This document shows, piece after piece, positions 51,413-62,768 of a DNA stretch of 64,000 nt. Origin of the DNA: an uncultured delta proteobacterium. GTDB taxonomy: Bacteria; Desulfobacterota; Binatia; UBA9968. Below the pieces are notes generated by a model. It was not told the DNA's origin. It saw only the letters and a list, made by a program, of their open reading frames with translations, and ran no database searches. The translations under genes were made by a program, and so were the position numbers. How positions within the stretch are numbered: position 1 is the stretch's first letter; the number at the start of each line of letters is the position of its first letter. Location of the stretch: assembly GCA_963755715.1 (NCBI GenBank), contig CAVWLW010000027.1:224001-288000 (forward strand). Reading direction: 5' to 3'.

Positions 51413-52920
51413 TTATCTGACCGGCAGCGTGAATATGAACCTGCTGCCCCTGCCCAGCTCGCTTTCCACCCAAATTTTACCGCCGTGCAATTCGACGAAC
51501 TTCCGAGTGAGCGTCAATCCTAGTCCCGTGCCTTCGCGCTTCTGCGCGTAGTCGGTGCCCACCTGGCGAAATTCTTCGAAGATGGTTTCTTGGTCTTGTG
51601 GGGCAATGCCAATGCCGGTGTCGCTAACCGAGATCTCGACCACTCCGTCACTAGACACGGCATCGACGTCCACTCGTCCGCCTTCCGGCGTGAACTTCAC
51701 CGCATTGGAAAGTAGATTGAGCAGGATCTGCTTGATCTTTCTTTCGTCGCCGGTCAACTCGCCGAGACGCTCGTCGACGCTGTGATGGAGCCTGATGCCG
51801 TGACGGCTGGCGCGCTCGCGTATGAGAGTCAGCGCGTTGTCGATGGCCATAGGCAAGTCGAACTTGGTCAACTCCAGCTCCATGCGCCCAGCCTCGACCT
51901 TGGACAGATCGAGAATATCGTTGATCAGCGAAAGCAGATGGCGACCCGAGGAAAGGATGTCATCGGTGTACTCGGCTTGTTTTTCATTGAGCTCGCCGAA
52001 CATTCTCTCGCCCAAGACTTCAGAGAAACCGATGATGGCGTTGAGCGGCGTGCGCAGCTCATGCGACATGTTCGCGAGAAATTCCGACTTGTGGCGGTTG
52101 GCCATCTCGATCTGCCGGCTCTTTTCCTCGATCTCGCGAAACAGCCGCGCGTTCTGAATCGCCAGGGCGGATTGAGTCGCAAAGGTCTGAAGCAAGTTGA
52201 CGACTTCCGCAGAAAAACTGCCCGCCTCCTTGCGCCACACTGTCAACGCGCCCATGATCCGCTCCTCGCGGAGCAGTGGAACAGCCAGAACAGATCGATA
52301 GCCGAGGCGCGCAAGCATGGGCCGCACGCGGGTACCGGTATATTCGCGCTCCTCTAAAATGTCCGGCACTTGAACGGGCGCGCGGACGGTTGCCGTTTGC
52401 CCCGTCGCGCCTTGCCCCGGGCGGACCGGGGTCGTTTGCAGCCCCTCGACCACTTCCTTCTCTATCTGATAAGTGGCCCTGAGATGAAACTCCTGCGCAG
52501 CTTCGTCGTACTCGTAGATCACGCCGCCGCTGGTTCCGGAGAGCTGGACCGCGTGGCCAACAATGGCGCTGAGCACCGTCTGAAGATCGAGAGTAGAACT
52601 GACCGCTTGGCCGACTTCTCCGAGCGCTTTTAGTTCTCCCACTGATCGCGCCAGCTCGCGCGTCCGCGCTTCCAGTTCCTGGAACAGGCGCACGTTCTCG
52701 ATGGCGATGACCGCCTGGTCGGCGAAGGTTTCCAGAAGCTTCACATGCTTCTCTGAGAACGGGCGCACCTCCGTACGGCGAATATTGATCGTGCCGATGG
52801 GAATGCCTTCGCGAAGCAGCGGTGTGACGAGCATAGTGCGAGTGCCAGTAACTTTCTGACGTTCTTTCGACTCCGGATACTCAGTTTCAATTTCTGCCGC
52901 CAGGTCATGAACATGAACGG
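51413..52920 (-). CDS. Multi-GAF sensor histidine kinase, 5'-truncated at the junction
   Basis: [60 protein letters not shown]. Confidence 0.92.
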
Positions 52921-52925
52921 TCGCT
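52915..52925. other. Junction between two unrelated genomic segments (probable chimera)
   Basis: Abrupt GC/codon-usage shift; both flanking genes are cut mid-domain. Confidence 0.8.
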
Positions 52926-53844
52926 CGCGGACTGGTGGTACGAGAGCACGCTCGAGTCGCCCGAGGACATCCGCCGCGTCCGCGAGCAGTACTTCTCGAG
53001 CGATGACCAGCTGATCACGCTCGCGATGGGCACCCGCGGGCCGGGCTTCTGCACGCCCGAGGTGGTGAAGCACGACTGGGAGCTCGCGCGCGACGTCGGC
53101 GCGCCAATCAGCGTCCACGTCGGGATGGGTCCGTATGCCGGGCGCTTCGCCATGGTCTCGCAGCTGAACGACATGGGGCTGCTCGGGCCGGACACCACGT
53201 ACATCCACTGCAACTACCTCTCTGACGAGGAGTTTCAGCTGATCGCGGACTCGGGCGGGAAGGTCTCGATCGCTCCCTCCGTGGAGATGATCATGGGGCA
53301 CGGGACGCCGCCGACTGGGAAGGCGCTCGCTCACGGGCTGCGGCCGAGCCTGAGCATCGACGTGGTCACGACCGTTCCGGGCGACATGTTCACGCAGATG
53401 CGGTTCCTGTTCGCCTCCGAGCGGCTGCTCGCCACGAGGCCGCGTTCGCGGCCGGGCAACGAGGAGGAGCCGGCGCTGCTCTCGTCGCGCGAGGTGCTCG
53501 AGTTCGCGACCATCGAGGGCGCGCGCGTGTGCGGGCTCGAGGACCGAACGGGATCGCTCACGCCTGGCAAGAAGGCGGACCTGGTGCTGATCCGCTGCGA
53601 CCACTCCAACACGTATCCGGTCATCGACCCTGTCTCGACCGTCGTGCACCAGGCCGACACCCGCAACATCGACACGGTCATAGTCGACGGCGGGATCCTC
53701 AAGCGGGACGGCCAGCTCGTGGACGGCGATCTCCGACGGGCGCGCGACCTCGCCGGGTCGGCTCTCAACTATCTACTCGAGCACACGGACGTCCAACCTG
53801 AGTGGGTGCAGAGTGCAACGGGGTCTCCTGCACACTCTCACTAA
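52921..53844 (+). CDS. Amidohydrolase (SsnA/MTA-SAH deaminase-like), 5'-truncated
   Basis: Frame open from SLADWWY; [35 protein letters not shown]; N-terminal HxH metal motif missing. Confidence 0.85.
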   Translation, partial: SLADWWYESTLESPEDIRRVREQYFSSDDQLITLAMGTRGPGFCTPEVVKHDWELARDVGAPISVHVGMGPYAGRFAMVSQLNDMGLLGPDTTYIHCNYLSDEEFQLIADSGGKVSIAPSVEMIMGHGTPPTGKALAHGLRPSLSIDVVTTVPGDMFTQMRFLFASERLLATRPRSRPGNEEEPALLSSREVLEFATIEGARVCGLEDRTGSLTPGKKADLVLIRCDHSNTYPVIDPVSTVVHQADTRNIDTVIVDGGILKRDGQLVDGDLRRARDLAGSALNYLLEHTDVQPEWVQSATGSPAHSH

Positions 53845-53874
53845 ACGGGGTCTGACCTTTCGGGTCCAAAAGCG

Positions 53875-53921
53875 CCATTTGTTAACCGTCTACTTGACCA
53901 TTTGTTTACCAGTCATATACT
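53875..53921 (+). promoter_or_regulatory. sigma70-type promoter overlapped by two 13-bp direct repeats (candidate operator)
   Basis: TTGACC-N16-TATACT; CCATTTGTTAACC (53875) and CCATTTGTTTACC (53898). Confidence 0.6.
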
Positions 53922-53973
53922 CGCGCGGCCCGTCGAGGCGGGTGCGCGAGTCCCCACAAAGGAGGCCACGGAA

Positions 53974-54996
53974 GTGAAACAGGATCTCTCTCTCGACGAG
54001 GCGCCGTACGACCGCCGCGGTCGTCGTGATCGGCGGCCGTCGCCGCGGCTGTGATCGGCGTTACCGGCGCCGCGTCGCATACCGCGGCGAAGCCGAAGGT
54101 CGCGTACCTGTCGTTCGCGGTCGCGAACAGCTACGACGCGCCGATGCTCAGCCGCGGCCAAGAAGGTCGCCAAGGCGCACGGCGCCGGGAGCATCGCCGT
54201 CTTCGACGCGCACAACGACCCGAACAAGCAGCTCCAGCAGCTGCAGACGCTCGGTGCAGTCGAAGCAGTACAACGGGATCATCCTCCAGCCCATCTTCGG
54301 GCCGCAGCTCCTCTCGACTGTGAGGGCGGCGTTTAAGGCCGGCATCAAGGTCGTGAACATCGACCAGATCCTGGGGAACGAACCCGGGAACGGCGAGGCC
54401 TCCGCTCGCCGGCCTGTCGGGGAACGTCGTCTTCGTCCAGACCCAGATCGGCGCGTAAGCAGGGCGGCCTCGTCGTGAAGGCGTGCAAGAACAAGAACCC
54501 CTGCAAGGTCGGCTACATGTACTCGGTCAAGGTTTCCTCGCTCGACACCGCGATCAGGAAGGGCTTCGACGCGGTCACCAAGGGCCATCACATCCAGGTC
54601 GTCGCCGAGGGGCAGACGTTCTACACCCCGTCGGTCGCACTCCAGGCCGCGCAGACGATGCTCCAGGGTCACCCGGACATCAACCTGATCGTCGGGGCCG
54701 ACCAGGCCGCGACCGGCGCTGAGCAGGCGCTCAACGGCAAGAAGGTCACCCTCGTCGGGTACGGCGGCGGAGCCGTCGGCCTCAATCGCGTCAAGGCAGG
54801 CAAGTGGTACGGCACCGTCATGCAGCGGCCGGCGACCGAGGGCAAGCGCGGGATGCAGTGCCTGATCAAGGCGGTCAAGACCGGCAAGGCGAGCAAGGTC
54901 TGCAAGAAGGGCATCGACGTGCTCGCCAACCTGCCCAACGGCGGCGTCGTCGTGAAGGCGAACGCCAAGAAGTTCCACGCCGAGTGGCCCGGTTAG
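53974..54996 (+). CDS. Sugar ABC transporter substrate-binding protein (RbsB-like); several frameshifts
   Basis: AAGGAGG RBS + GTG; [45 protein letters not shown] spread across frames. Confidence 0.8.
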
Positions 54997-55007
54997 CATC
55001 CGGCCTC

Positions 55008-56533
55008 ATGGCCGTAGGCGAGCCTGAAGCTCCCTACCTCGAGCTCCTGGACGTCTCCAAGCACTTCGGAGGCGTCCAGGCGCTCGACTCCGTCTCGCTC
55101 GGGGTCCGCCGCGGTTCGATCCACGCGCTCGTCGGCGAGAACGGGGCGGGCAAGTCCACGCTCGGCAAGATCGTCGCCGGCGCGCTGAGCGCCGGACGGC
55201 GGCCGATGTTCTGCTCGAAGGGGAGCCGGTCGCGTTCGGGTCGCCGCGCGAGGCGCTCGAGCGCCAGGTGGCGGCAATCGCCCAGGAGCCGAACGTCGTC
55301 CCCCAGCTGACCGTCGCCGAGAACGTCCTGCTCGGCGCCGAGCCCCGCCGGGCCGGCTTCGTCCGGACGCGGGCGCTCAAGCGGCGCTATGCCCAGCTCG
55401 TCGAGGGGCAGGCTTCGACCTGCGCGGAGACGTGGCGGCCGAGGAGCTGGGGACCGCGGAGCAGCAGAAGGTCGAGATCCTCCGTGCGCTCTCGCGTGAC
55501 GCTCAGCTGATCGTCATGGACGAGCCGACCGCGTCGCTCGACGCGCGCGAGACGGGCCATCTCCACGACGATCGTGCGCGCGCTCGCGGCTTCGGGCACG
55601 ACGATCATCCTCATCTCGCACTTCCTCAAGGAGGTGCTCCAGCTCGCTGACACTGTCACGGTTCTTCGGGACGGCCGGCTGGTGAAGACGGCGCAGGCGG
55701 CGTCCGAGACCGAGGCCTCGCTGATCGAGGCGATGCTCGGGCGGCCGCTGACGGCGACGTTTCCGCCGAAGGCGCCGCCGCCGGCGGACGCTCCGGTCGC
55801 GCTCTCCGTGCGCGATCTGTACGGGCCCGGCGTCGAGGGAGTGAGCTTCGAGCTGCGCGCGGGCGAGATACTCGGGCTGGCCGGCCTCGTGGGCGCCGGG
55901 CGCACCGAGCTCGCGCGGACGATCTTCGGCGCGGCGCCGTCGGAAAAGGGGGAGGCCGTCCTGGCGACCGGCGAGCAGCTCGCCCGAAATCCGAGCCGGA
56001 GCCTCGACGCGGGCGTGGCGATGATCCCCGAGTCGCGGAAGGACGAGGGCCTCATCTTCGGCCGCTCGTCGATCGAGAACACGACGCTCCCGCGGCTCGA
56101 CTCGCTCAGCTTCCTCGGCGTCGTCCGCCGAAGGGCGGAGCGGAAGGCGGCGCGCAGCGTGCTCGAGCGGTCGCGGCGTGCACGGCGCGAGCTACGGAGC
56201 TCCGGTCGAGACGCTGTCCGGCGGCAACCAGCAGAAGGTGCTCCTCGCGCGGATGCTCCTCTGCGAACCGCGCGTCGTCATCGCCGACGAGCCGACGCGC
56301 GGCGTCGACATCGGCGCGAAGCGCGCGATCTACGACTTTCTCGTCGAGCTCGCCGCGGCGGGCATGGGGATCCTCCTCATCTCCTCCGAGGTCGAGGAGA
56401 TCATCGGCCTCGCCCACCGCGTGCTCGTCATGCGCCGGGGCCGCATGGTGGCCGAGCTCGAAGGCGACGGATCACCGAGAACCGCATCCTCGCCGCGGCG
56501 TTCGCCGACCAGTCTGCGGAAGCCGCTGCATGA
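55008..56533 (+). CDS. Sugar ABC transporter ATP-binding protein (RbsA-like, two NBDs); several frameshifts
   Basis: [56 protein letters not shown]. Confidence 0.9.
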
Positions 56534-57621
56534 CGTCCGACGCCTCGCCGATGCGGCGTTGGATGACGCGCGAGCAGATGCGCTCGACGGGCGTGCGCTT
56601 CCTCCGCCGCGGCGGGATCATCATTCCGTTCCTCGCGCTCTTCCTCACGCTCTCGCTGGTCAGCGAGCCGTTCGCGACGAAGGGCAACCTCCTCCAGATC
56701 CTCGACCAGCAGTCGGCGACCCTGATCATCGCCGCGGCCGGGACGCTCGTGCTCGTCGCCGGCGGGATAGACCTCTCGGTCGGCGCGGTCTACGGGTTCG
56801 CCGCGGTCACCGCCGGGAACTTCGCGCCCCACCACAGCGCCGGCTTCGCGATCGTGGCGGGGATCGGCGCCGGCCTGCTCGTCGGGCTGCTCAACGGAAT
56901 CGTCGTCACCGTCCTCCGGATCAACTCGCTGATCGCGACGCTGGCGATGGCCTTCATCATCAACGGCTGCTCGTCGATCGTCGCGGGTGGGAACCTGCTC
57001 GTGTTCTTCGACAAGACCGCGTTCCAGGACTTCGCGCAGACCGAGTTCCTCGGCGTCAGGACCTCGATCTGGACGATGCTCGCCGCCGTGGTCGCCCTCG
57101 GGCTGCTGCTTGCGACGACGAAGTGGGGGAGATACATGTACGCGGCCGGAGGGAACCCTGAGGCGGCCCGCCTGGCCGGCGTACGCGTCGACCGGATCCG
57201 CATCCTCACGTTCGCGATCAGCGGTATGGCCGCGGGCCTCGCCGGCGTGATCGACACCGCGAAGGTGCTGACGGCGCAGGCCACCACCAACGACACGCTG
57301 ACCTTCACTGTCCTGGCCGCGATCGTCGTCGGGGGGACGAGCATCCTCGGGGGCGAGGGTGCGGTGTGGCGGTCTGTCGTCGGCGTGCTCTTCATCGCGC
57401 TGATCGGCAACGGCTACGTGCTGCTGGCGCTCGACCCGCTGTACCAGCAGATCACCCTCGGCGTGCTGCTGCTCGCAGCGGTCGCCCTGGACGCGTTCGC
57501 GCGGGGCCTGCTGCGGCCGGGAGCGGCGATCAAGCAGCTTTTGGCGACGCCGTTCACGCGCACCGTAGATCGACTAGCGTTCACCCTGACTGAACGAGAC
57601 GAGAGGAGCTTCCGATGCTGA
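56530..57621 (+). CDS. Sugar ABC transporter permease (RbsC-like)
   Basis: [41 protein letters not shown]. Confidence 0.92.
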   Translation: MTSDASPMRRWMTREQMRSTGVRFLRRGGIIIPFLALFLTLSLVSEPFATKGNLLQILDQQSATLIIAAAGTLVLVAGGIDLSVGAVYGFAAVTAGNFAPHHSAGFAIVAGIGAGLLVGLLNGIVVTVLRINSLIATLAMAFIINGCSSIVAGGNLLVFFDKTAFQDFAQTEFLGVRTSIWTMLAAVVALGLLLATTKWGRYMYAAGGNPEAARLAGVRVDRIRILTFAISGMAAGLAGVIDTAKVLTAQATTNDTLTFTVLAAIVVGGTSILGGEGAVWRSVVGVLFIALIGNGYVLLALDPLYQQITLGVLLLAAVALDAFARGLLRPGAAIKQLLATPFTRTVDRLAFTLTERDERSFRC

Positions 57622-58823
57622 CGGCAACGAAGGACAGGATTCTTCCGACCACCGTGACCGGCTCGTGGCCGCGTCCCACCTGGTACACGGCCGAGCTGCG
57701 CGGCAGGCCGTTCTCGGACGCGATGACCGATCTCCAGTTCCGCGAGCAGTTCACCGACGCTGTCGCGGCGGTCGTCAACGACCAGGAGCGCGCCGGGCTC
57801 GACATCGTCACGAACGGCGACTACCACCTGGACGCCGATCACGCCGGCCGCTCGTGGTTCATCTACCCGACCGAGCGCCTCGACGGGCATGTCGGAGCAC
57901 TCGCTCTCGTACACGAACCCGATGTGGTCGTACCCGGTCGGCACGTGGCTGAACGAGATCGTCGGCGGCTGGAAGTTCCCGCTCGTGGTCGGCAAGGTCG
58001 GCCCGAGGATCCCGCTCGAGTTCGCCAAGATCTGGCGCGTCGCCCAGGCGCGCGCCGAACGCCGGTCAAGTTCGGGACGATCTCCGCCGACCTCGCTTCC
58101 GCCGTCCTCGAAGTCGGCACCGACGTCTACGACGACGACAAGAAGCAGCTGATGTGGGACATCGCGGAGATCATCAACGCCGATCTGCGCGAGCTCGCGG
58201 CCGCCGGCTGCAAGGTGATCCAGGTCGAGGAGCCGGCGATCCACAGCTCCGCCGCGTACGGCGCCGACTCGGACACGCTCGACTTCCTCGTCGACCTCTT
58301 CAACCGCCACGTCGAGGGCCTCGACGACGTCGAGGTCTGGGTGCACACGTGCTGGGGCAACCCCGGCGCGCAGCACTGCTTCGACCCGAACATCTCGTAC
58401 GAGAACTCGATCGACATCTACCTCAACCGGCTGAACGCGGACGTGTGGACGATCGAGTCGAAGGACGCCGGCCACAAGCCGCTCGAGCTGTTCGAGCCGT
58501 ACAAGGGCCAGCTGGCGAAGAAGGTCGCGGTCGGCTTCATCAGCCACCGGACGCTCTCGATCGAGTCGCCCGAGGAGATCGCCGGCGACGTCCGCCGCGC
58601 GCTCGAGTACATCGACGCGGAGCACCTCGTCCTCTCGTCCGACTGCGGGTTCGGCCGCCAGGGCGTCCCGCGCCCGGTCGCCTACTACAAGGCGGCCGCG
58701 CTGGCGCTCAGGGGCGAACATCGTCCGCGGCGAGCTCGGGGCCGAGGAGAGCGAGGTCATCGCGGCCGATCCGTCGGCCTGCAGGTCGACATCCCGGAAG
58801 GCGCGCCCGCGCTCGTCAGCTGA
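57615..58823 (+). CDS. Single-barrel cobalamin-independent methionine synthase II (MetE C-terminal) family protein; compensating frameshifts
   Basis: LPTTVTGSWPRP, QERAGLDIVTNGD, IQVEEP, HTCWGN, TIE, SSDCGFG (Zn ligands). Confidence 0.85.
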   Translation: MLTATKDRILPTTVTGSWPRPTWYTAELRGRPFSDAMTDLQFREQFTDAVAAVVNDQERAGLDIVTNGDYHLDADHAGRSWFIYPTERLDGHVGALALVHEPDVVVPGRHVAERDRRRLEVPARGRQGRPEDPARVRQDLARRPGARRTPVKFGTISADLASAVLEVGTDVYDDDKKQLMWDIAEIINADLRELAAAGCKVIQVEEPAIHSSAAYGADSDTLDFLVDLFNRHVEGLDDVEVWVHTCWGNPGAQHCFDPNISYENSIDIYLNRLNADVWTIESKDAGHKPLELFEPYKGQLAKKVAVGFISHRTLSIESPEEIAGDVRRALEYIDAEHLVLSSDCGFGRQGVPRPVAYYKAAALALRGEHRPRRARGRGERGHRGRSVGLQVDIPEGAPALVS

Positions 58824-58917
58824 GCTCCGCCTGTAACGAAATCTTTACGCCGCCCGGGAAACCGGGCGGCTGCATGTCTCCGTATCGCGGAGACAACCGA
58901 CGAAAGGGGAACGAGTC

Positions 58918-59289
58918 GTGCGACGTAGCTTGCTTGCATTCGGTGTTGCCGCGATCGTCCTTGCGCTCGCCGGCACCGGCACATCGGCGACCGCGAAGGA
59001 CCGCTTCCAGCTGAAGGGCGAGGTCTACGGAAACTCGCTCTTCAAGATCGAGATGAAGAACGCCGCCGGCCGTCCGCTGAAGACGGTCAAGCGCGGCACG
59101 TATCGGATCAAGATCGAGGACAAGGCCACGATCCACAACTTCCGCCTGAAGGGGCCGGGCGTCAACAAGGCGACGTCCGTCGGCGCGCGTGCCGAGACGA
59201 TCTGGACGGTTCGCCTCCGCCCCGGGAAGTACACGTTCAAGTGCGACCCGCACGCATCCACGATGCGCGGGTCGTTCCGCGTGACCTAA
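58918..59289 (+). CDS. Secreted cupredoxin (plastocyanin/azurin-like)
   Basis: Signal peptide; HNF, PGKYTFKCDPHASTM. Confidence 0.82.
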   Translation: MRRSLLAFGVAAIVLALAGTGTSATAKDRFQLKGEVYGNSLFKIEMKNAAGRPLKTVKRGTYRIKIEDKATIHNFRLKGPGVNKATSVGARAETIWTVRLRPGKYTFKCDPHASTMRGSFRVT

Positions 59290-59296
59290 CCAGCCC

Positions 59297-59889
59297 TTAG
59301 GGGCGCCTGCCGGGCGGCGTCAGCTGTGCGAGCCGCCGCCCGGCGGCGGAGTCGGCGATCAACTGCTCGAGGCGGCGCGCACGCGTCTCCTCGCGTTTCG
59401 CGCTGACGACCCAGAAGATCGCCGTCTTCCGGTAGGACGGCGGCTGTTTCTGGAAGAACTCCCACGCCGCCGGGTCTGTCGCGAAATCGCTCCTCCTGCT
59501 CGGGCTCGAGTCGCGCCGAGTGTCGCTGCTCGAATGAATAGATTCCGGTGCGCTCCGGCGAGCGCGCCTCGTACGCGGCGAGGCCGGCCGGCCTCATCCG
59601 ACCCTCGGCGATCAACTCCTCGACGTGCCGGACGTTCCGGTCGCTCCAGATGCTGCGCGGCCGGCGCGGCGTGAAGCGGATGGTGTAGCTCTCCTCGCCG
59701 AGGCTGCGGCGGATGCCGTCGATCCAGCCGAAGCAGAGCGCCTCGTCGTACGGACTCCGTCCACGTCATAGTCGGACGCCCGGTGCTCTTCTTGTGGAAG
59801 CCGACGACGAGCTCGTCCGCGGTCGCGTGGTGCTCCTCGAGCCACGCGCGGAACTCCGCGGGCGTGGCGAAGAAACGAGCCTGGCTCAT
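59297..59889 (-). CDS. YdeI/OmpD-associated family protein; frameshifts
   Basis: FRAWLEEHH, ALCFGWIDG, FTPRR..SIWS..N, GRM.PAG, AKREETR. Confidence 0.85.
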
Positions 59890-60840
59890 TAGCCGAACGT
59901 GAAGCAATAAGCCTCGGCGCCGGGGGCGAGGAACTCGATCTCGAACGTGCGGTCCTCGATCGATCCCGGCTCGCGGATCAGCTGGTGGAGCCGCTGCTCG
60001 CAGCGTCCCGTTCCCCGCCTCGTCCACGTCGAAGCCGCGCGCGTCTCCGGGCGGCTCGCCGTCGAGGCGCACATGGAAGGGGACGGACGCGCCCCGCTCA
60101 CGCGGGCCCATGACGAGGTTGACGTCGCGCGCATGGAAGCGGTAGGCGACGCGTCCGCCTGCGGTCGTTCGACACGCTCAGCCCGCTCTCGATCGTCCAG
60201 TCCCCGGCGAGGGCCCACTGATTGCGCTCGAGGCGGTCGGGCGTGGCGTACGTTCGCGCCTCGTCGCGCTCCGCGCCGTCCGTGGAAGCGAAGTTCCGGC
60301 CCTGCTGGTAGCCGAGGTACGTCTCCGGGGACTCCAGGTTCTCCCAGTCGGCCTGGACCTCGAAGCCGGTCGGAGAGACGGAGACGAGGTCGTCCCCGAC
60401 GTCGCGCCCGCTCTCGCGCAGCAGCTTCTGGATGACGCGCTCGCACTCGTCGTAGCGGCCTTCGCCGAACTGCTGGTGCTGGATCTCGCCCTGCGCGTCC
60501 GCGACGTAGACCGCGGGCCAGTAGTGGTTGGAGAACGCCTCCCAGACCGCGTAGTCGCTGTCGATCGCGACCGGATACGTCACGTTCATCTCCTGCACGG
60601 CCGCGCGGATGTTGTCCACGTCGCGCTCGAACGGAAACTCGGGCGTGTGGACGCCGACGACAACGAGCCCCTGGTCCTTGTACGTGTCGGCCCACGCGCG
60701 CACCCAGGCGAGCGTCCGCAGCCAGTTGATGCAGGTGTACGTCCAGAAGTCGGTGAGGACGACCTTCCCCTCCAGGTCGGCAGCTGTGAGCGGCGGCGAG
60801 TTAGCCAGCCGGTCGCCCCGTCGTAGCCCGGCAGCTTCAT
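59889..60840 (-). CDS. Redoxin/thioredoxin-like protein (DipZ C-terminal-like); frameshifts
   Basis: GWL, DFWTYTCINW, GVHTPEF.FE, NHYWPA, FGEG.Y, SPETYLG, AYCFTFG. Confidence 0.85.
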
Positions 60841-60844
60841 CGTC

Positions 60845-61477
60845 TCAATTGCTTCTGCCGAAGAGGGAGAGGAAGAGGAGGAACACTTAAGGAGTCCAGG
60901 AAGATCGAAGCGGCGAGTAGGGGGCGGCTCTGATGTCCTTCGCGCGGCGCAGGCGCTGAAGTCGTAGGCCGTCAGGCCGGCGAAGATCACCAGCCCGTCG
61001 ATCGCGTGGACCAACGAAGATCGCGACGATCCCGAAGATGATCAGCCCGATCAGCGCCCAGAAGAGCGCGCGAGCGAGCGGCGCGAGATCGCGGCGAGTC
61101 GCGTATCCGGCCGCCCCGAAGCCGGCGATGAAGAGCGCCGTCGCCCCGCCGGCCTGCCAGACGACCTTCGGGTTGGTGCTCGCGTAGTACGCGATCGTCG
61201 GCGCCGTGGCGAAGCCGATGAGCGCGCCGAACGCGAACAACAGTCCGATCGCCAGCCCCTCGGACCGCTGCGCCGCGAAGTTGAGTGCGATCAGGCACGC
61301 CAGCGCCGGCAGGAACAAGGCCCAGCCCCAGCCGTACGAGAGGTCGCGGCCGAGATATGCGCCGAGCGCGAAGAGCCCGGCCGTGGCGGCGACCAGCCCG
61401 AACGTCTGCCCGACGAGGGTCCCGGTCTCGTCCCGCGTAAGCGCGGGCTGAACGGTTGCGGTGCTCGACTCCGTCAT
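60845..61477 (-). CDS. Bax inhibitor-1/YccA family membrane protein; frameshifts and a possible small deletion near 61010
   Basis: QAGGATALF, GYATRRDL, GLVIFAG...YDFQRLRR; hydrophobic C-terminus FLLFLSLFG in the alternative frame. Confidence 0.78.
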
Positions 61478-62664
61478 CGCAGCGTGCTGAAGGCCGCGCG
61501 TACCTCCTCGGAGAAGATCTGCGGCTCCTCCCAGGCTGCGAAGTGTCCGCCCTTCTCGGCCTCGTTGAAGTAGACGACGTTGGGGTACGACTCGTCGACC
61601 CAGCTACGCGGGCTCCGCCAGATCTCGTCGGGGAACGTCGTGAAGCCGGCCGGCAGGTTGACCGGCGGGGGCGGGTTGGTGGCCGCCTGAGCTCCGAATC
61701 GCCCGTTCTCCCAATACGAGCGCGCCGCCGAGGCCCCGGTGCCCGTCATCCAGTACAGCGTGATGTTGTCGAGGATGTGATCGCGGGTAAGGCCGCCGGT
61801 CGGCTCTCCGTCGACGAAGGCACGGGCGATCTTCACGTAGGAGTCCGTGTCGTGGTCGAGCAGCCAGGCCGCCAGGGCCACGGGAGAATCGAGCTGCGCG
61901 TAGCCGATCGTCTGCGGCCGCGTGGCCATCTCGAGGAAGTAGGCGAACCCGTCGGCCCTGAAGACATCGAGCTGGGCGGTCGCCGCCTTCTCCTCCTCGG
62001 TCTCTGCCGGCAGTCGGGCGGCCAGGACAGTGACGAGCAGGTTCGTGTGGATCCCGAGCAGACCCTCGGGCGCCTGGCGTCCCATCTGGTCTGTGACGGA
62101 GGCGCCCACGTCGCCGCCCTGAGCTACGTAGCGGGTGTAGCCAAGGCGGCGCATCAGCTCCGCCCATGCGCCTGCGATGCGGCCCACGTTCCAGCCGAGC
62201 TCTCTCGGCTCGCTCGAGAAGCCGTAGCCGGGCAGCGACGGGATCACGAGGTCGAACGCGTCCTCGGCGCTCCCGCCGTGCGCGGTCGGATCGGTCAGCG
62301 GCCCGACGACGTCGAGGAGCTCGATGACCGACCCGGGCCACCCGTGCGTGACGATCAGCGGCAGCGCGTTCTCGTGTGGAGACTTGACGTGGATGAAGTG
62401 GACGTCGACCCCGTCGATCTCGGTCGTGAACTGCGGGTGGACGTTCAGTCTCGCTGCGACCCGGCCGACGTCGTACTCGGTGTCCCAATAGCGGGCGAGC
62501 TCCTGAATCGTCGCGAGCTGCACGCCCTGCGAGCGGTCTTCCACGAGCTCCTTGGTGGGCAAGCGGGCCGTGGACAGGCGGTTGCGGAGCTCGGCGAGCT
62601 CCTCTTCTGGAAAGTCGACCTGGAAAGGATGGATCTCGGTCGCGGTATCGGCAGTGCTGCTCAT
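61474..62664 (-). CDS. Epoxide hydrolase (EHN + alpha/beta hydrolase)
   Basis: HGWPGS, PSLPGYGFS, QGGDVG, DSPVALAAW, GGHFAAWEEP. Confidence 0.93.
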   Translation of the reverse strand: MSSTADTATEIHPFQVDFPEEELAELRNRLSTARLPTKELVEDRSQGVQLATIQELARYWDTEYDVGRVAARLNVHPQFTTEIDGVDVHFIHVKSPHENALPLIVTHGWPGSVIELLDVVGPLTDPTAHGGSAEDAFDLVIPSLPGYGFSSEPRELGWNVGRIAGAWAELMRRLGYTRYVAQGGDVGASVTDQMGRQAPEGLLGIHTNLLVTVLAARLPAETEEEKAATAQLDVFRADGFAYFLEMATRPQTIGYAQLDSPVALAAWLLDHDTDSYVKIARAFVDGEPTGGLTRDHILDNITLYWMTGTGASAARSYWENGRFGAQAATNPPPPVNLPAGFTTFPDEIWRSPRSWVDESYPNVVYFNEAEKGGHFAAWEEPQIFSEEVRAAFSTLR

Positions 62665-62768
62665 GATGAACTCCTTTCATCGCGCAGCGGCCTGAAGGCG
62701 GCGCGCATCTGAGTCATGAAGATCTCGTGGTCGAGGTCGACTTGGATGGAACGGATCTCGGTTGCCAT
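62661..62768 (-). pseudogene. 35-aa ORF resembling the fused N- and C-termini of an epoxide hydrolase (deletion remnant or leader peptide)
   Basis: MATEIRSIQVDLDHEIFMTQMRAAFRPLRDERSSS*; GAGGAGG RBS; ATGA overlap with epoxide hydrolase start. Confidence 0.6.

Noticed and set aside
1263-61477. More than 20 frameshifted genes read as mass pseudogenisation or programmed frameshifting
   Set aside because: Indels are mostly single-base, often compensating, affect unrelated genes in both segments, and I saw no accompanying in-frame nonsense decay; best explained by long-read sequencing error.
57414-62712. Long antisense or alternative-frame ORFs (e.g. 57414-58760, 61456-62712, 61604-62680)
   Set aside because: Shadow ORFs typical of high-GC coding DNA; they overlap genes with clear family motifs.
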